IMG/VR virus record: IMGVR_UViG_3300010163_001408 | From: an uncultured virus (IMG/VR IMGVR_UViG_3300010163_001408) | Taxonomy: Duplodnaviria > Heunggongvirae > Uroviricota > Caudoviricetes | Length of the DNA: 64,000 nt | Direction: 5' to 3' (one strand) | In this document: positions 49,118 through 60,007 of the stretch, piece by piece | Position numbering within the stretch: the first letter of the stretch is position 1 | Layout of the letters: the number at the start of each line of letters is the position of its first letter | Translations under genes and position numbers: made by a program | The notes under the pieces: model-generated | Told to the model about the DNA's origin: nothing | The model's input: only the letters and a program-made list of their open reading frames with translations | Database searches by the model: none

Positions 49118-49157
49118 TTAGGGTGTCTATATTAATGGTAATAGATACCCTAATTTT
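49118..49157 (+). terminator. Terminator hairpin
   Basis: TTAGGGTGTCTAT / ATAGATACCCTAA plus TTTT. Confidence 0.65.
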
Positions 49158-49250
49158 ATAAATAAAAGGCATATGCTTAATATTTTTCAAATTTTGTGAT
49201 ATAATATAGAATAGGATTAAAAGAAACAAAATTAAAATAAAGGAGACACC

Positions 49251-49690
49251 ATGGAACAGTATATTTCAACATATGACAGAATACCAGAAAAAGTAATACC
49301 ATACAAGGATACATTAATAATATGCACTGAAACAGCAGCAGATTTCATTGGGTTATCAAAAGGTGGATTATTTACAACAGATATAACTGCCTATTCAACC
49401 ATACCCCAAGACATACTCGGTTTCATCCTAAAGTTTTACCAGATTGTTTTGAATCAAAGCAATATGAAGAAAGGCATGAAATATATTGTACCACACCAGA
49501 GCAAACACTATTAGACCTATTAGAGTATGAAGATGAAGCAGACATACAAACAATTCTTGAATCCTTTTCCAACTATTATTATGAGCATAATGAATCATTT
49601 AATGATTTAGAGGAACAAATGAATGAAGTCCAGATGCAGGCATTTAATAAATGGAAGCAGGCTGTAATAGAATATTACAACGAGGACTAA
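49251..49690 (+). pseudogene. AbiEi-like antitoxin, frameshifted
   Basis: After a shift near 49430 the frame continues ...IYCTTPEQTLLDLLEY... (T.E.TL.D motif) to TAA 49688-49690; lies upstream of an AbiEii-like gene. Confidence 0.65.
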
Positions 49691-49717
49691 TCAGCATAAA
49701 CATAGGAGGATAAAATA

Positions 49718-50464
49718 GTGAATAAAAATATACATTTAACTGAAGATATGATGCCAACTATGTTAAGATTAATAGAAGAATTATCAATAATGAACTTACC
49801 AATAATATTCAAGGGTGCAGTTGTTCTTAAAAATGTATTAAATAAATATACCTTTGACACTGAATGAATGACTAGAGATATAGATGCTGACTGGATAGGG
49901 GAACCTACTTCTATGAGGATATTACATAGATATATAAGTTTAGCACTGTCTAAAATAAATCCAATCCTTTCATGCGAAATAGGTAGAAATTATGGTGATG
50001 GTAAATCAGCTGGCTTCATAATATATAAACAAGGTGTAAAATGGTTTACAATGGATATAGATATGAGACAAAATCCATATAGCACAGTATATACTACAGT
50101 AAACGGGATAAATTTTAATGGTGCATCATTACATAAAATGTTTGCTGATAAAATACAAGCAATATCAACTCAAAAAATATTCAGACGAGCAAAGGATGTA
50201 TATGACTTATATTTGTTATCAGCAGTACAAGGATACTCAACATATGATACATATTTAATATGGAAGAGTTTAAATAGACAACCAGAGGACTTTAGTTGTT
50301 TTATAAATAGGCTGGTTGATTTGGAATATGCATATAACAAAATAAGAGATATAAAAATTAAACCAGACTTCAACATTATATATCCCAAAGTATATCACTT
50401 TGCAGAACCTTTCATACTTAAGGTGCAAAATAACTTAATATGGGATGGAAATAACTGGTTGTAA
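49718..50464 (+). pseudogene. AbiEii-like nucleotidyltransferase toxin with a premature TGA
   Basis: GTG 49718 after AGGAGG; PIIFKGAVVL...TE*MTRDID, ADKI.A, RRAKDVYDLY; TGA 49865-49867 at the expected Arg. Confidence 0.8.
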
Positions 50465-50481
50465 TTTACAGGGGTAACACA

Positions 50482-51306
50482 ATGAAAGCTAAAGTAAAGA
50501 AATGTACAAAATTAGCTGTACTTATAGGATTAGTAACACTTGCATATTCATATATAAATACATTCTTTGTAAAATGTACAGAATATACATATACATCAAG
50601 TAAATTACAAAACAATTATAAAATATTATTTATAAGTGACATTCATTATGGTCATAAGCAAGATAAGAGAGTATTACAACATATTATATCCAAGTTTAAT
50701 GGTTTAAAACCAGACATAGTAATTCTAGGTGGTGACATAGCAATGGAAGAAATCACCAAAGAAGATATGCAAGAAGTTTTTAAACTTCTAGGAAACATAA
50801 AATCAACTTATGGTACATACTACATATATGGAAATCATGACAAGCCTAGAATAAAGGGTTTGTATAACTATACACTTGATGAATTAATAGAGGCAATTAC
50901 AAGTAATAATATAACAATATTAGAAGATAACTATATAATATTAAATAATGAACTGCTATTGTTAGGCAGAAAAGTAGCTAATAAAGATCATCATAACAAT
51001 TCAGTAAAAGAATTATTACCAGACAATTCAGATGAATACTATAACATAGTAGTAGATCACATACCATGTGGTATAAATGACAATGTAAATAATAACATAG
51101 ACTTACAGTTATCAGGACATACACATGCAGGACAAATATTTCCAATAAATTTAATAGTAGCATACAAAGATTTGCCAGTTTATGGTGAATATATAAGTAA
51201 TAACTTAAAAATAATAGTGTCATCTGGGTTTGGAGTAGGAAAAATTAAACTTCGCAATATGAAGCATTGCGAATATGTAATAGTAAACCTAGAATCAGAG
51301 AAATAA
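50482..51306 (+). CDS. Calcineurin-like metallophosphoesterase (YkuE-like)
   Basis: ISDIH, LGGD, GNHD, DH.P, LSGHTHAGQ; N-terminal TM. Confidence 0.9.
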   Translation: MKAKVKKCTKLAVLIGLVTLAYSYINTFFVKCTEYTYTSSKLQNNYKILFISDIHYGHKQDKRVLQHIISKFNGLKPDIVILGGDIAMEEITKEDMQEVFKLLGNIKSTYGTYYIYGNHDKPRIKGLYNYTLDELIEAITSNNITILEDNYIILNNELLLLGRKVANKDHHNNSVKELLPDNSDEYYNIVVDHIPCGINDNVNNNIDLQLSGHTHAGQIFPINLIVAYKDLPVYGEYISNNLKIIVSSGFGVGKIKLRNMKHCEYVIVNLESEK

Positions 51307-51324
51307 GACAGTAATTTAATATAT

Positions 51325-51356
51325 AAAACCAGTCCTTTAAATAAGACTGGTTTTTT
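51325..51356 (+). terminator. Rho-independent terminator
   Basis: AAAACCAGTC / GACTGGTTTT plus T run. Confidence 0.8.
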
Positions 51357-51683
51357 AAAATAATATTAAACAGTTGTATTAAATAACATATCTTTTATAA
51401 TATGAACTAGTTAGTAAAATTTTCCATATTAGTTAAAAATAAAATGTAAATATCTGAATGGTTTAAGGGTATGTGTCTCATACCCTTATTTTATACCCTA
51501 AAGTATATTGAGTATAATTTTTAAAATTTTATTTTACATATAAATTTTTATGATTTTAGGCATCATTAATAGCATACAAATGATAGGATAAAAATTATGA
51601 AAATTTGATAGGCATGTATATATACCTATGTATATGTAAGATAGTTTTTATTAAATAAATAAGTCTTTAGGAGGAAAGTTAAA

Positions 51684-53015
51684 ATGAGTTTCGTAGCAGT
51701 CGATTTAGGAGCATCTGGTTCTAGGTATACATCTGATGCAGGTCAGATCTCAGTAGCACCAAACAATATGGTAATGTTACCTGACATGACAGTATCAAAC
51801 ATCATGACTGATGCACCAGATGTTGAAAGCTGTTTGGAGGTTCAGATTGAAAGAACTACACCTGCATCTGTTCCTGCAAATTTTCCTGTAAATGCATTGG
51901 TTGGAATCATGGCAGAAAAACATAGAGGTGTAAATGAGAGACCTAATATGCTTATGCATAAGCATAGTCAGAGAATTAACTATGTATCCGCTATTCTTGC
52001 ATGTGCAATGAGTAAGCTTAAGTATGGGGATTTAACAGAGAACTTGGACCTTTACATCGCTGTACCACCTATTGAAGTAGAGGAAGCAAGAAAAGTATTC
52101 TCCAATGTACTTGTAGGTGGATACAAGGTGACACTTCCCAAGTACATGGGTGGAACAGTAGTGAACTTCACTATTGATGAAGTTAAATGTTATGAGGAGG
52201 CATTAATGGCTTCTACATCATTCTTCTTCAATATGAATGGTACACCTAGAGAACAGACTAAGAACTTTATTACGGGAACCATCCTTAGCCTTGACATTGG
52301 TGCATCAACAACTGACTTAGCAATCATTAAGAATGGGCGTTATCTTGATAAGTCTGGGCAGACATTTAAGACAGGCGGTAATGAGGCACTTGATAGTTTA
52401 ATTGATGCTGTAAGAAGTAGATATGCAATTGATTTACCTGTATTAGATGCTGAAAAAGCAATGGTAGAAGGTAGACTACAAATGGGCAATAGTTATGTAG
52501 ATATTAGCGATATTGTAGCCGATGCAAAGACAGAGTTAGCTAAGAAGATTATTTCTAACATGCCTGGTTACTTCAAGAGAAATGATATTCCTATTCAGAC
52601 CATCAATGCTATTATGGTGTCAGGTGGCGGTTCTATGCAGAGCCAGTATGCAAATGATGATGGTGAAATTATAAAGACTTCTGAACCTATGAGTTACTAT
52701 GTAACAAATGAAATGAAAGCATGGTGTCCAGGTGTAGATGTAGTAGAATATGGAGAAGATGCAAGATTCGCTAATATCAAGGGTTTGTTTATTAGGGCAA
52801 AGATGGATACACGTAAAAAAGCAGAGCATCAGGCAGCTTCTAACATAGTAAACACCCAGCCTCAGCAGACTCAAGCACCACAAGCAACCACATCTCAGGT
52901 ACAGCCTCAAGCAGTAGCACCTCAGGTACAGCCTCAAGCAGTAGCACCTCAGGTACAGCCTCAAGCAGTAGCACCTCAGGTACAAACAGCACCAACACAG
53001 ACAGTAAATAATTAA
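51684..53015 (+). CDS. ParM/StbA-like actin-fold ATPase with Gln/Pro-rich tail
   Basis: VAVDLGAS (phosphate 1), YEEA, LSLDIGASTTD (phosphate 2), VSGGGS, ARFANIKG. Confidence 0.85.
   Translation: MSFVAVDLGASGSRYTSDAGQISVAPNNMVMLPDMTVSNIMTDAPDVESCLEVQIERTTPASVPANFPVNALVGIMAEKHRGVNERPNMLMHKHSQRINYVSAILACAMSKLKYGDLTENLDLYIAVPPIEVEEARKVFSNVLVGGYKVTLPKYMGGTVVNFTIDEVKCYEEALMASTSFFFNMNGTPREQTKNFITGTILSLDIGASTTDLAIIKNGRYLDKSGQTFKTGGNEALDSLIDAVRSRYAIDLPVLDAEKAMVEGRLQMGNSYVDISDIVADAKTELAKKIISNMPGYFKRNDIPIQTINAIMVSGGGSMQSQYANDDGEIIKTSEPMSYYVTNEMKAWCPGVDVVEYGEDARFANIKGLFIRAKMDTRKKAEHQAASNIVNTQPQQTQAPQATTSQVQPQAVAPQVQPQAVAPQVQPQAVAPQVQTAPTQTVNN
52894..52984 (+). repeat. 27-bp perfect tandem repeat x3.4 (QVQPQAVAP)
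   Basis: CTCAGGTACAGCCTCAAGCAGTAGCAC three times plus a partial copy. Confidence 0.95.
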
Positions 53016-53028
53016 GACATACACACAT

Positions 53029-53059
53029 TATTAGGGTGTGGCAACACACCCTAATATTT
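53029..53059 (+). terminator. Stem-loop (12-bp stem, GCAA tetraloop) after the actin gene
   Basis: TATTAGGGTGTG GCAA CACACCCTAATA TTT. Confidence 0.7.
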
Positions 53060-53080
53060 GTACTTTAGGAGGTTTCACTA

Positions 53081-55696
53081 ATGACCAACGAATTAGCTAA
53101 GGTTATTGTAAAAGTAGGTAAAAGGTCATCTATAAAATTTAGTAATTGCAAATTATATAGAGCAATTATGCCTAGCGAATTAAAGGAGATACATAAGGCT
53201 CATAAAGATTGTAATATGTTGGTAATCGAGAGTATTTCTGAAGATGAACAAACAGAAATTAGAGATTTTGCTAAGCAGTTCAAGGAGGAAAGTGCTGATA
53301 ACAGTGTTTTCTTCTATATTCCTAATGCAAGTGATGAAATAACATCTGGAATAGCAGATGAACTTAATTATGAAATATATTTGACATTGGATTCATTATA
53401 TGAAGCAATATATAAAAAATATGGAATCAACTTATCAGTTTATATAGATGACAAAAAGAAGTATAACTCAATTGAAGATATTTCAGGTATGGATACAATA
53501 CCAAGTTTTGAGCAGACATTAATTTCCAACTTTGATGATGAATTAAAAGAAGCCGAAAAAGAGCAGAAGGCAGTTCAGCAGTTACAGCAAGAAGTAAAAC
53601 AAGAGGTAGTAGAGCAAACACAACAGTCCCAGCAACAATCAGAAGCAGTACAATCAGTAGAATCATCTAAAATAGTAAATAAGGCTGCATCAGTTGAAGC
53701 AGATACACATACAGAGACATCTAGCAAGACAGATCTTGAGGCAATACAAGACCTTAAGATTAAACTAAATGACCTTAAGTATGATTATAAGCAAGCATTG
53801 GATAGTTTAAGAGAGGCTACAGATTATTCTACTAAGCTTGAAGAAACCATAAAGGTAATCAGAGAAGAAAAAGATGATATAATTGATAGATTTAAGAAAC
53901 TCATGGAAGATAATGAGGTAATAGAAGAACCTATATCATTATCTGAATACAATAAGCTTAATGAACAAATAAAAGACCATGATAAGCTAGTAAAAGAACT
54001 TGAAGCTACAGTAGATAAATTAAAGAAGTCAATAGAGGATCATAAAGTTAAAATAACTGAACAGGCTAAAACACTGGCAGAAAAGAACAAAACACTGACA
54101 GAAAAGAATGAAGAATTAATTAAGAAGAATGCACTTTTAGATGAACAAAATATTACAATAGAGCAATTGAATTATAAAATAGACTCTGGTGAGTTAGAGC
54201 AAGCTATAATAGATGAATATGAGCCTAAGCTAAAAGCATTTGAAGCTTCATTATCAGAAGCAACAGGCAAGTTAACAAAAGAAATAACATACAGAATGTA
54301 TATTACAGCAACTGTAAAAAGACTGATAAGCAGTTTAGTGGCTGTAACAAACAGAGTAAAATCATTGGAAGTTGAACTTGTGTCAACTAATGAAATAATA
54401 AATGATTACAAGGTTAAATATGATGACAAAGTAAAAGAGTATGAAGACAGTTTAAATGATAATACAGCTCATTTAAGTGAAATCAAAATACTTAAGAATC
54501 AAATAGAAACAGCTAACAAGAGAGCACAATTAGCTGATAACTATGCTAACTCAGAAAATAAAAAGTTAACAGCAAAAATAAGTGAATTAGAAACAAACTT
54601 AAAAATTGTAAAAGATCAATTAGAATATAAAGAGACTCAGTATAAAGATTTATTAGACAAGTCAAAAGATAATTCACTTACTTCTAAGGAATTGACAGAG
54701 AGTAATAACACTCTGGACATGATTAATAAAACCTTAAAGGAAAAGCTGGGCGCAACTACAAAAGAATTAGATTCATATAAGAAAGAAGCTGAAAGAACAA
54801 TAAATAGTTATAAAGACAGAATTAAAAAACTTACTGAAGCATTACAATCATCTAATCCTAATATGGAAAATATAGCAGGTACAGCAGGAATAATAGGTAA
54901 TGCAATATCATTAAAAGTAGCTCCAATAAAATATACTGGTACAGCTAAAATAATTCCAGTGTTTGGCTCTGGAAGTCATGGAATTACAACTACAGCAATG
55001 TCAATAGCAGGTAAGTTATCAGCAAGTAATAAGGTACTTTACTTAGATTTTGATATAGTATCACCCAGTGCGGATGCTTGGTTTGCTAAGGTACCCATTT
55101 GTAAGAACTTACCTGGCATACCAAACAATGATATGAGAATGTCAGCATTAGGTATATTCCTTGAAATAGGCATAGAGGCATTTGAAAAATATGCAGTAAA
55201 CATTGTAATACAGTGTGAGAGAACTAAGGGTGGTGGGATAGACTACATGAGTGGTTTATACTACAGAGCAGATGCAGGTAAGCTTGCAACAGCTAATTAC
55301 ACTGAACTGCTAAATTTCTTAGGTAATATGTATCAGTATATTATAGTCGATATGGGTAGGCTAGGTAACAGTGAAGTAAATGATAATGTCATAAAAGCAT
55401 TTTCAGATATAGCATACAGATGTATTACGGTGACTACAAGTGATAAGTTTGAAGCTAGAAACTTTAGTATAAAGCTTAAGAATAATGGAATAGACTTATC
55501 AAAAATAGCTTGGCTTGTAAATATGTGTGAGACAACAAATATAGATGAAAAGACAAGACAATCAATATCACCTTGTGCATTTGGAATAATGCTGAAAGAT
55601 ATGTCATTAAGCGGTAACAGAGAGAAGTTTACACGTTACAAATTAAATAAGGATAGGCTTGAATTTTTCATGAATACAGTATTATTCAAGCAATAA
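53081..55696 (+). CDS. Long coiled-coil protein with C-terminal MinD/ParA-like domain
   Basis: Heptad-rich centre; IIPVFGSGSHGITTTA (degenerate P-loop), VLYLDFD, YIIVDMG. Confidence 0.7.
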   Translation: MTNELAKVIVKVGKRSSIKFSNCKLYRAIMPSELKEIHKAHKDCNMLVIESISEDEQTEIRDFAKQFKEESADNSVFFYIPNASDEITSGIADELNYEIYLTLDSLYEAIYKKYGINLSVYIDDKKKYNSIEDISGMDTIPSFEQTLISNFDDELKEAEKEQKAVQQLQQEVKQEVVEQTQQSQQQSEAVQSVESSKIVNKAASVEADTHTETSSKTDLEAIQDLKIKLNDLKYDYKQALDSLREATDYSTKLEETIKVIREEKDDIIDRFKKLMEDNEVIEEPISLSEYNKLNEQIKDHDKLVKELEATVDKLKKSIEDHKVKITEQAKTLAEKNKTLTEKNEELIKKNALLDEQNITIEQLNYKIDSGELEQAIIDEYEPKLKAFEASLSEATGKLTKEITYRMYITATVKRLISSLVAVTNRVKSLEVELVSTNEIINDYKVKYDDKVKEYEDSLNDNTAHLSEIKILKNQIETANKRAQLADNYANSENKKLTAKISELETNLKIVKDQLEYKETQYKDLLDKSKDNSLTSKELTESNNTLDMINKTLKEKLGATTKELDSYKKEAERTINSYKDRIKKLTEALQSSNPNMENIAGTAGIIGNAISLKVAPIKYTGTAKIIPVFGSGSHGITTTAMSIAGKLSASNKVLYLDFDIVSPSADAWFAKVPICKNLPGIPNNDMRMSALGIFLEIGIEAFEKYAVNIVIQCERTKGGGIDYMSGLYYRADAGKLATANYTELLNFLGNMYQYIIVDMGRLGNSEVNDNVIKAFSDIAYRCITVTTSDKFEARNFSIKLKNNGIDLSKIAWLVNMCETTNIDEKTRQSISPCAFGIMLKDMSLSGNREKFTRYKLNKDRLEFFMNTVLFKQ

Positions 55697-55702
55697 GGAA
55701 AA

Positions 55703-56647
55703 ATGATATTACAAAGAATAATAAAAATCATATCAAAACAAAGAAAGACAAAAAAGAAGAGACATACAAAAAAGCATTATATACATGCTAAAAGAAGTAA
55801 GGTATCAAACAAGATAATTGAAAGAGAGAAAGTTAAAACTATGGGAACACATTCAATAAGGTTAGGATCAATATTATCATTTGATGAGGACAAAGAGAAG
55901 GATATGATAGAGATTATGGAATACTTAAATTCTACACATACGACTGGACGATTCTTCTCTAATCTTGTCAGAATAGCATTTGATAATCCAGAAATCATAG
56001 TCAAATCAAAAAATGGCATTGAAAAAAGTAAGCTGTTGCAACAAATGGATGAAGTGGGATTCAGCGATAAACGTGATAAGTTTTTTAAGAACATAGCTAC
56101 AGACATGTTAGAAATGAAGAAAAAAGTTGATATGGTGTATGAAATGTCCCTGAAAACTTACACACTAGCTCAGATGGGTAAACACTTAGCATTAGAAGAA
56201 AAGAGTGAGAACAACCTAAGAGCAGAGTTTATTATAGAAAAACAGTTGAAAGATTTACAAGATAAAATAGGACTTACATTAGGATCAACACCATTTACGT
56301 CAAGTAAATTAATAGAAACAGAGAAAAAAGCAGATGAAATTTTAGAATATATTATTGAATCATATGATAATATTCTAAATGAAATAAAAGATAAATTTAT
56401 ACAGCAGGTGCCAATACAACAGATACCAATACAACAAGTACCAATACAACAGGGACAACAAGCAATTCAACCAGTGCAACAAACAACACAACAAATGATT
56501 CAGACACAGCAGACAATACAAAATACAGGGGTTCAAGTGCAACAGCAACCAGAACAAACTCAAGAAGTACCTGAGGAAGATGATGACACTATAATAGATT
56601 TTGGTAACGCAGATATGAATGCACTTGCAGACTTCTTTGGTGAGTGA
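55703..56647 (+). CDS. Hypothetical protein with Gln-rich linker and acidic end (possible partition adaptor)
   Basis: Long ORF; real start possibly ATG 55841; QQ(V/I)PI repeats. Confidence 0.65.
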   Translation: MILQRIIKIISKQRKTKKKRHTKKHYIHAKRSKVSNKIIEREKVKTMGTHSIRLGSILSFDEDKEKDMIEIMEYLNSTHTTGRFFSNLVRIAFDNPEIIVKSKNGIEKSKLLQQMDEVGFSDKRDKFFKNIATDMLEMKKKVDMVYEMSLKTYTLAQMGKHLALEEKSENNLRAEFIIEKQLKDLQDKIGLTLGSTPFTSSKLIETEKKADEILEYIIESYDNILNEIKDKFIQQVPIQQIPIQQVPIQQGQQAIQPVQQTTQQMIQTQQTIQNTGVQVQQQPEQTQEVPEEDDDTIIDFGNADMNALADFFGE

Positions 56648-56654
56648 GATAACT

Positions 56655-57833
56655 ATGGGGTACACTAAATTATTTAAGGTATTAAATAATGATGTAAAAT
56701 TAACATCATTTATATCAAACATATCAAGTGGATATTTAGATGTTCCATTTTTAATGAGTGAGACACTAAAGATGCTTGATGATGACAATCCAATGTCAAG
56801 TATAATTACTGAAACAAATATGAAGTCATTAACAATTATGCTAGACATGTATTTTACAGATTGTTGGTCAGTATATATTAATGATATACAGTTTGATAAA
56901 TTAATTCCATATGGGAAGATTGAAGTATATAAAATAGATGCATCAAATGGTCTAAGGTATGCAACAGTAAATGAAGTGGCACAGGGTATTAAAGGTTTAA
57001 TAGGAGAGTACATATATCCTGCTGGGGAAGAAGCATATAAAAACATATGTTTGTTATATTGGACATTTACAGGTAAAAGTTATTACTTCAGACAGGCAGG
57101 GTATAAACTTGAATATGATAACAATGGCAAAGTAGCAACATCATTTTACAGTATGATTCAAATGAGTGCAGTAGACCTAAAGAACATGTTTACATGGGTG
57201 TCCCTAAAAGATGATTTTCAAAAAGCAATTAAAAAGATTGAAAAAATGAAAAAAAGCAAGGGATATAAATATGCAACATTTGAAAAAGATGAAATAACAG
57301 AAGATATTACAATAAAACAACTTGTATATAATATATACAGTGTGTTTCCAAGAAATAGTAATAATCAAGAATATAGAAAAGCATTATCACTTTCTATTAA
57401 GGCATATAAAGATAAAAAGATGCTATCCCCACTGGAGGTGTCAACACTTAGAAATATTTATGAATCATTTGCATTAGATAAGGATAAAAATAAAAGAATT
57501 GAAGATGAGCATTCAGATGAATTAAAAGAAACATGTGAGTTTATTGTAAAAAACAAGTATTCAGGTAAGATAGACCCTAAACACTTTGCATTCACAATAA
57601 TTGAAACATTAAAAAAAGGCAACTATACTAAATGTTCACCTAAGCAATATAGCTACATTCAAGATGCATTGAATTTAGTAAATAGGGATGCAACAAGTAT
57701 TAAAAATGATCCTAATAATGTGGTACCAATAACTAATAAAACAGAAATATTGACAGATAGCGATATAGATGCATCATTGGAATTGTTGTCAGATGCAATA
57801 GGGAATGGATTATTTGATGAAGATGATGAATAA
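56655..57833 (+). CDS. Hypothetical protein
   Basis: Long ORF; ATG 56655 follows the upstream stop. Confidence 0.7.
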   Translation: MGYTKLFKVLNNDVKLTSFISNISSGYLDVPFLMSETLKMLDDDNPMSSIITETNMKSLTIMLDMYFTDCWSVYINDIQFDKLIPYGKIEVYKIDASNGLRYATVNEVAQGIKGLIGEYIYPAGEEAYKNICLLYWTFTGKSYYFRQAGYKLEYDNNGKVATSFYSMIQMSAVDLKNMFTWVSLKDDFQKAIKKIEKMKKSKGYKYATFEKDEITEDITIKQLVYNIYSVFPRNSNNQEYRKALSLSIKAYKDKKMLSPLEVSTLRNIYESFALDKDKNKRIEDEHSDELKETCEFIVKNKYSGKIDPKHFAFTIIETLKKGNYTKCSPKQYSYIQDALNLVNRDATSIKNDPNNVVPITNKTEILTDSDIDASLELLSDAIGNGLFDEDDE

Positions 57834-57852
57834 GGGGACAGGGTGATATAAT

Positions 57853-58059
57853 ATGGAAGCATTAGCATTATTAGTGACTGACACTAACTTAGTTTTATAT
57901 GAAGGAACTAAAGAAGAAGCTGAAAAAATAAAAGCATCTGTAAGCACTAAAGAGTTAGGTGCAAGAACACTAACGGTTGTAATAGTTGATAAGAACGAGT
58001 ATGAACACACCAAGAAAGACATTATAAAGCTTGAACAATTAATAAGATCAAAAAGATAG
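57853..58059 (+). CDS. Hypothetical protein
   Basis: 68-aa ORF with GGGG/GGTG RBS. Confidence 0.6.
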   Translation: MEALALLVTDTNLVLYEGTKEEAEKIKASVSTKELGARTLTVVIVDKNEYEHTKKDIIKLEQLIRSKR

Positions 58060-58071
58060 GAAAGATAATAC

Positions 58072-58689
58072 ATGTGCAACCTATGTATACAGTCAGATTT
58101 CATAGACTACTATGATTACTTAAGTAGTGATACATCCAATATAATATATAATAGGTATGTTAGTCAATGTAAACAACGTGGAGTTGCACTAAAATACTTA
58201 AGGAACTTAGGAATAAAAACAGTAGAATTGAAACAAGTCAATAAATTTTTTAGAGAGGATGGAAATATAGTAGTTTATACGGATCCTAGAGCACATAATA
58301 GCTTAGGAAAAAAGATAATGACAGTAGATGAAGCTAATCAGATGTATGCAAACTATATAGCAAGTCATTATTATGAAACAACAGAAGGCATTACATTAAA
58401 ATTTTTACAAGTAGGAAAAAGAAGATTTACATTATACTATAAGAAAAATGACCATTATTCATTAGAAATGGGTAAATTAATAGACATAAGAGAATCAAAA
58501 CCATACTATAACAGATTAATAGGTTTACCTATTTTTTCAATTGACTATATATCAAATGGACGTGAAATGATAGCAACTGACTTTAATGAGGTAGAAAACT
58601 TAAAAGCAATAGGAGTAAGTAACCTATTAAAATCACAAGATGTCATACTAGAAATAGTAGATGCATTGATAGCATATAACAAAATATAA
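58072..58689 (+). CDS. Hypothetical protein
   Basis: 205-aa ORF in the operon. Confidence 0.7.
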   Translation: MCNLCIQSDFIDYYDYLSSDTSNIIYNRYVSQCKQRGVALKYLRNLGIKTVELKQVNKFFREDGNIVVYTDPRAHNSLGKKIMTVDEANQMYANYIASHYYETTEGITLKFLQVGKRRFTLYYKKNDHYSLEMGKLIDIRESKPYYNRLIGLPIFSIDYISNGREMIATDFNEVENLKAIGVSNLLKSQDVILEIVDALIAYNKI

Positions 58690-58724
58690 ATACACTAGCA
58701 TAAGAAAGGATAAGGAGTAAGTAA

Positions 58725-59666
58725 ATGACAACAGATTTTGAAATTGAAGCAAACGTAGGGATATGTGCTAACTGCAAAGAATTAGAGGGTTGTAATAAGT
58801 ATTGTATATTACATGCAGGTAAAGCATTATATGAATTTATAAACAGGGTGGATATGATTGAAACAAGAATTGGTGAGTGTGAATCAAGAGAAAAAAATGG
58901 ACCTCAAGACTTAATAGTATCAGGGCATCAGTTATTTGACTTAAATAATCCAAGTTGGTTACTGACAGACATTAAAACTACACTGGATGCATCTAATAAG
59001 TTTAAGGACTTATATGGTAAGAATCCTGTACAATTAATAAATTGTTATGGAGACAAGGCTAAGTTAAATAAAGATGATATAAATGATACAATAGACAAGA
59101 TAAAAAAATTAAATAGGAACAAGTTAATAGTATTACCATTTAAACCTCATACACAATGCAATGTTGATATAGACACTGAAACTGATAAGCAAAGAAAGAA
59201 AGATTGTAAGATAACATTCTTAAAGTGGACAACTGATAAAGAAACATATAAACTAAATTGCGAGATATGCTTCAATATACCTGGTGCATTTGGTCAAACA
59301 ACATATAAGCTTCCAATAACGGATTATATCACTAAATTCAGAATAAGCCAGATAGATATGCAGGCTAAAAGTAAAGATCATGATGATTCATTAATTCAAA
59401 TGACACAGTCAGGAATAATACAACCAATAGCTATTAAAAATGGTCATGAAACATTAGCAGTAGACGGGACTTATGTGTATTTAACATCTAATAGTGATAC
59501 AAGAATCATTGGGTATTGGAATGAGAAAGATGAATTATTAATAGATTCAAAACTAGTAAATAGCAAGATGTTAAATAAGATAAAGAACAATAAAAACTAT
59601 ATAGCAAATCATAAGAGGTATATAGCACCTTATATGTTATTTCCATCAACAGAAATAATATTATAA
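58725..59666 (+). CDS. Hypothetical protein with N-terminal Cys cluster
   Basis: CANC...C...C; RBS AAGGAG. Confidence 0.7.
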   Translation: MTTDFEIEANVGICANCKELEGCNKYCILHAGKALYEFINRVDMIETRIGECESREKNGPQDLIVSGHQLFDLNNPSWLLTDIKTTLDASNKFKDLYGKNPVQLINCYGDKAKLNKDDINDTIDKIKKLNRNKLIVLPFKPHTQCNVDIDTETDKQRKKDCKITFLKWTTDKETYKLNCEICFNIPGAFGQTTYKLPITDYITKFRISQIDMQAKSKDHDDSLIQMTQSGIIQPIAIKNGHETLAVDGTYVYLTSNSDTRIIGYWNEKDELLIDSKLVNSKMLNKIKNNKNYIANHKRYIAPYMLFPSTEIIL

Positions 59667-59686
59667 TACTAAGGAGACAACAACAC

Positions 59687-59989
59687 ATGATATTCAAAAA
59701 GAGAGCAGATAAGATAGTTAATAAAACAGGTGTTAAAATAACTAAATGCGAAGTAATACCAAATCACAGTGAAAAAGAACTAAAAAGGCACTATGCCGGT
59801 GCATTTGTAGTCAATCCTGAAGTGTTGAGATATGGGGTTTCAGTAACCGTATTTCAGAAGGGTTCAGAGCATTGGTGGGAGCATGGAGAAATAACCAAGG
59901 GTAGTTACAATAATAAGCATGTCAATTGCTATGATGGCACATTTGAGTTTAATGAAGTAGAAGTTTATTTAGATTCAAGATACAATTAA
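59687..59989 (+). CDS. Hypothetical protein
   Basis: 100-aa ORF, RBS AAGGAG. Confidence 0.65.
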   Translation: MIFKKRADKIVNKTGVKITKCEVIPNHSEKELKRHYAGAFVVNPEVLRYGVSVTVFQKGSEHWWEHGEITKGSYNNKHVNCYDGTFEFNEVEVYLDSRYN

Positions 59990-60007
59990 GAAGGAGATAA
60001 AAAGATA

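Noticed and set aside
16679..49867. Stop-codon reassignment (alternative genetic code) as an explanation for in-frame stops
   Set aside because: The interrupting stops are of different kinds (TAA at 16679 and in nfi, TGA at 49865), occur alongside frameshifts, and TAA, TAG and TGA all end intact genes normally.
51357..51683. Replication origin with iterons
   Set aside because: It is AT-rich with palindromes, but I see no clear direct-repeat iterons, DnaA-box cluster or adjacent Rep gene.
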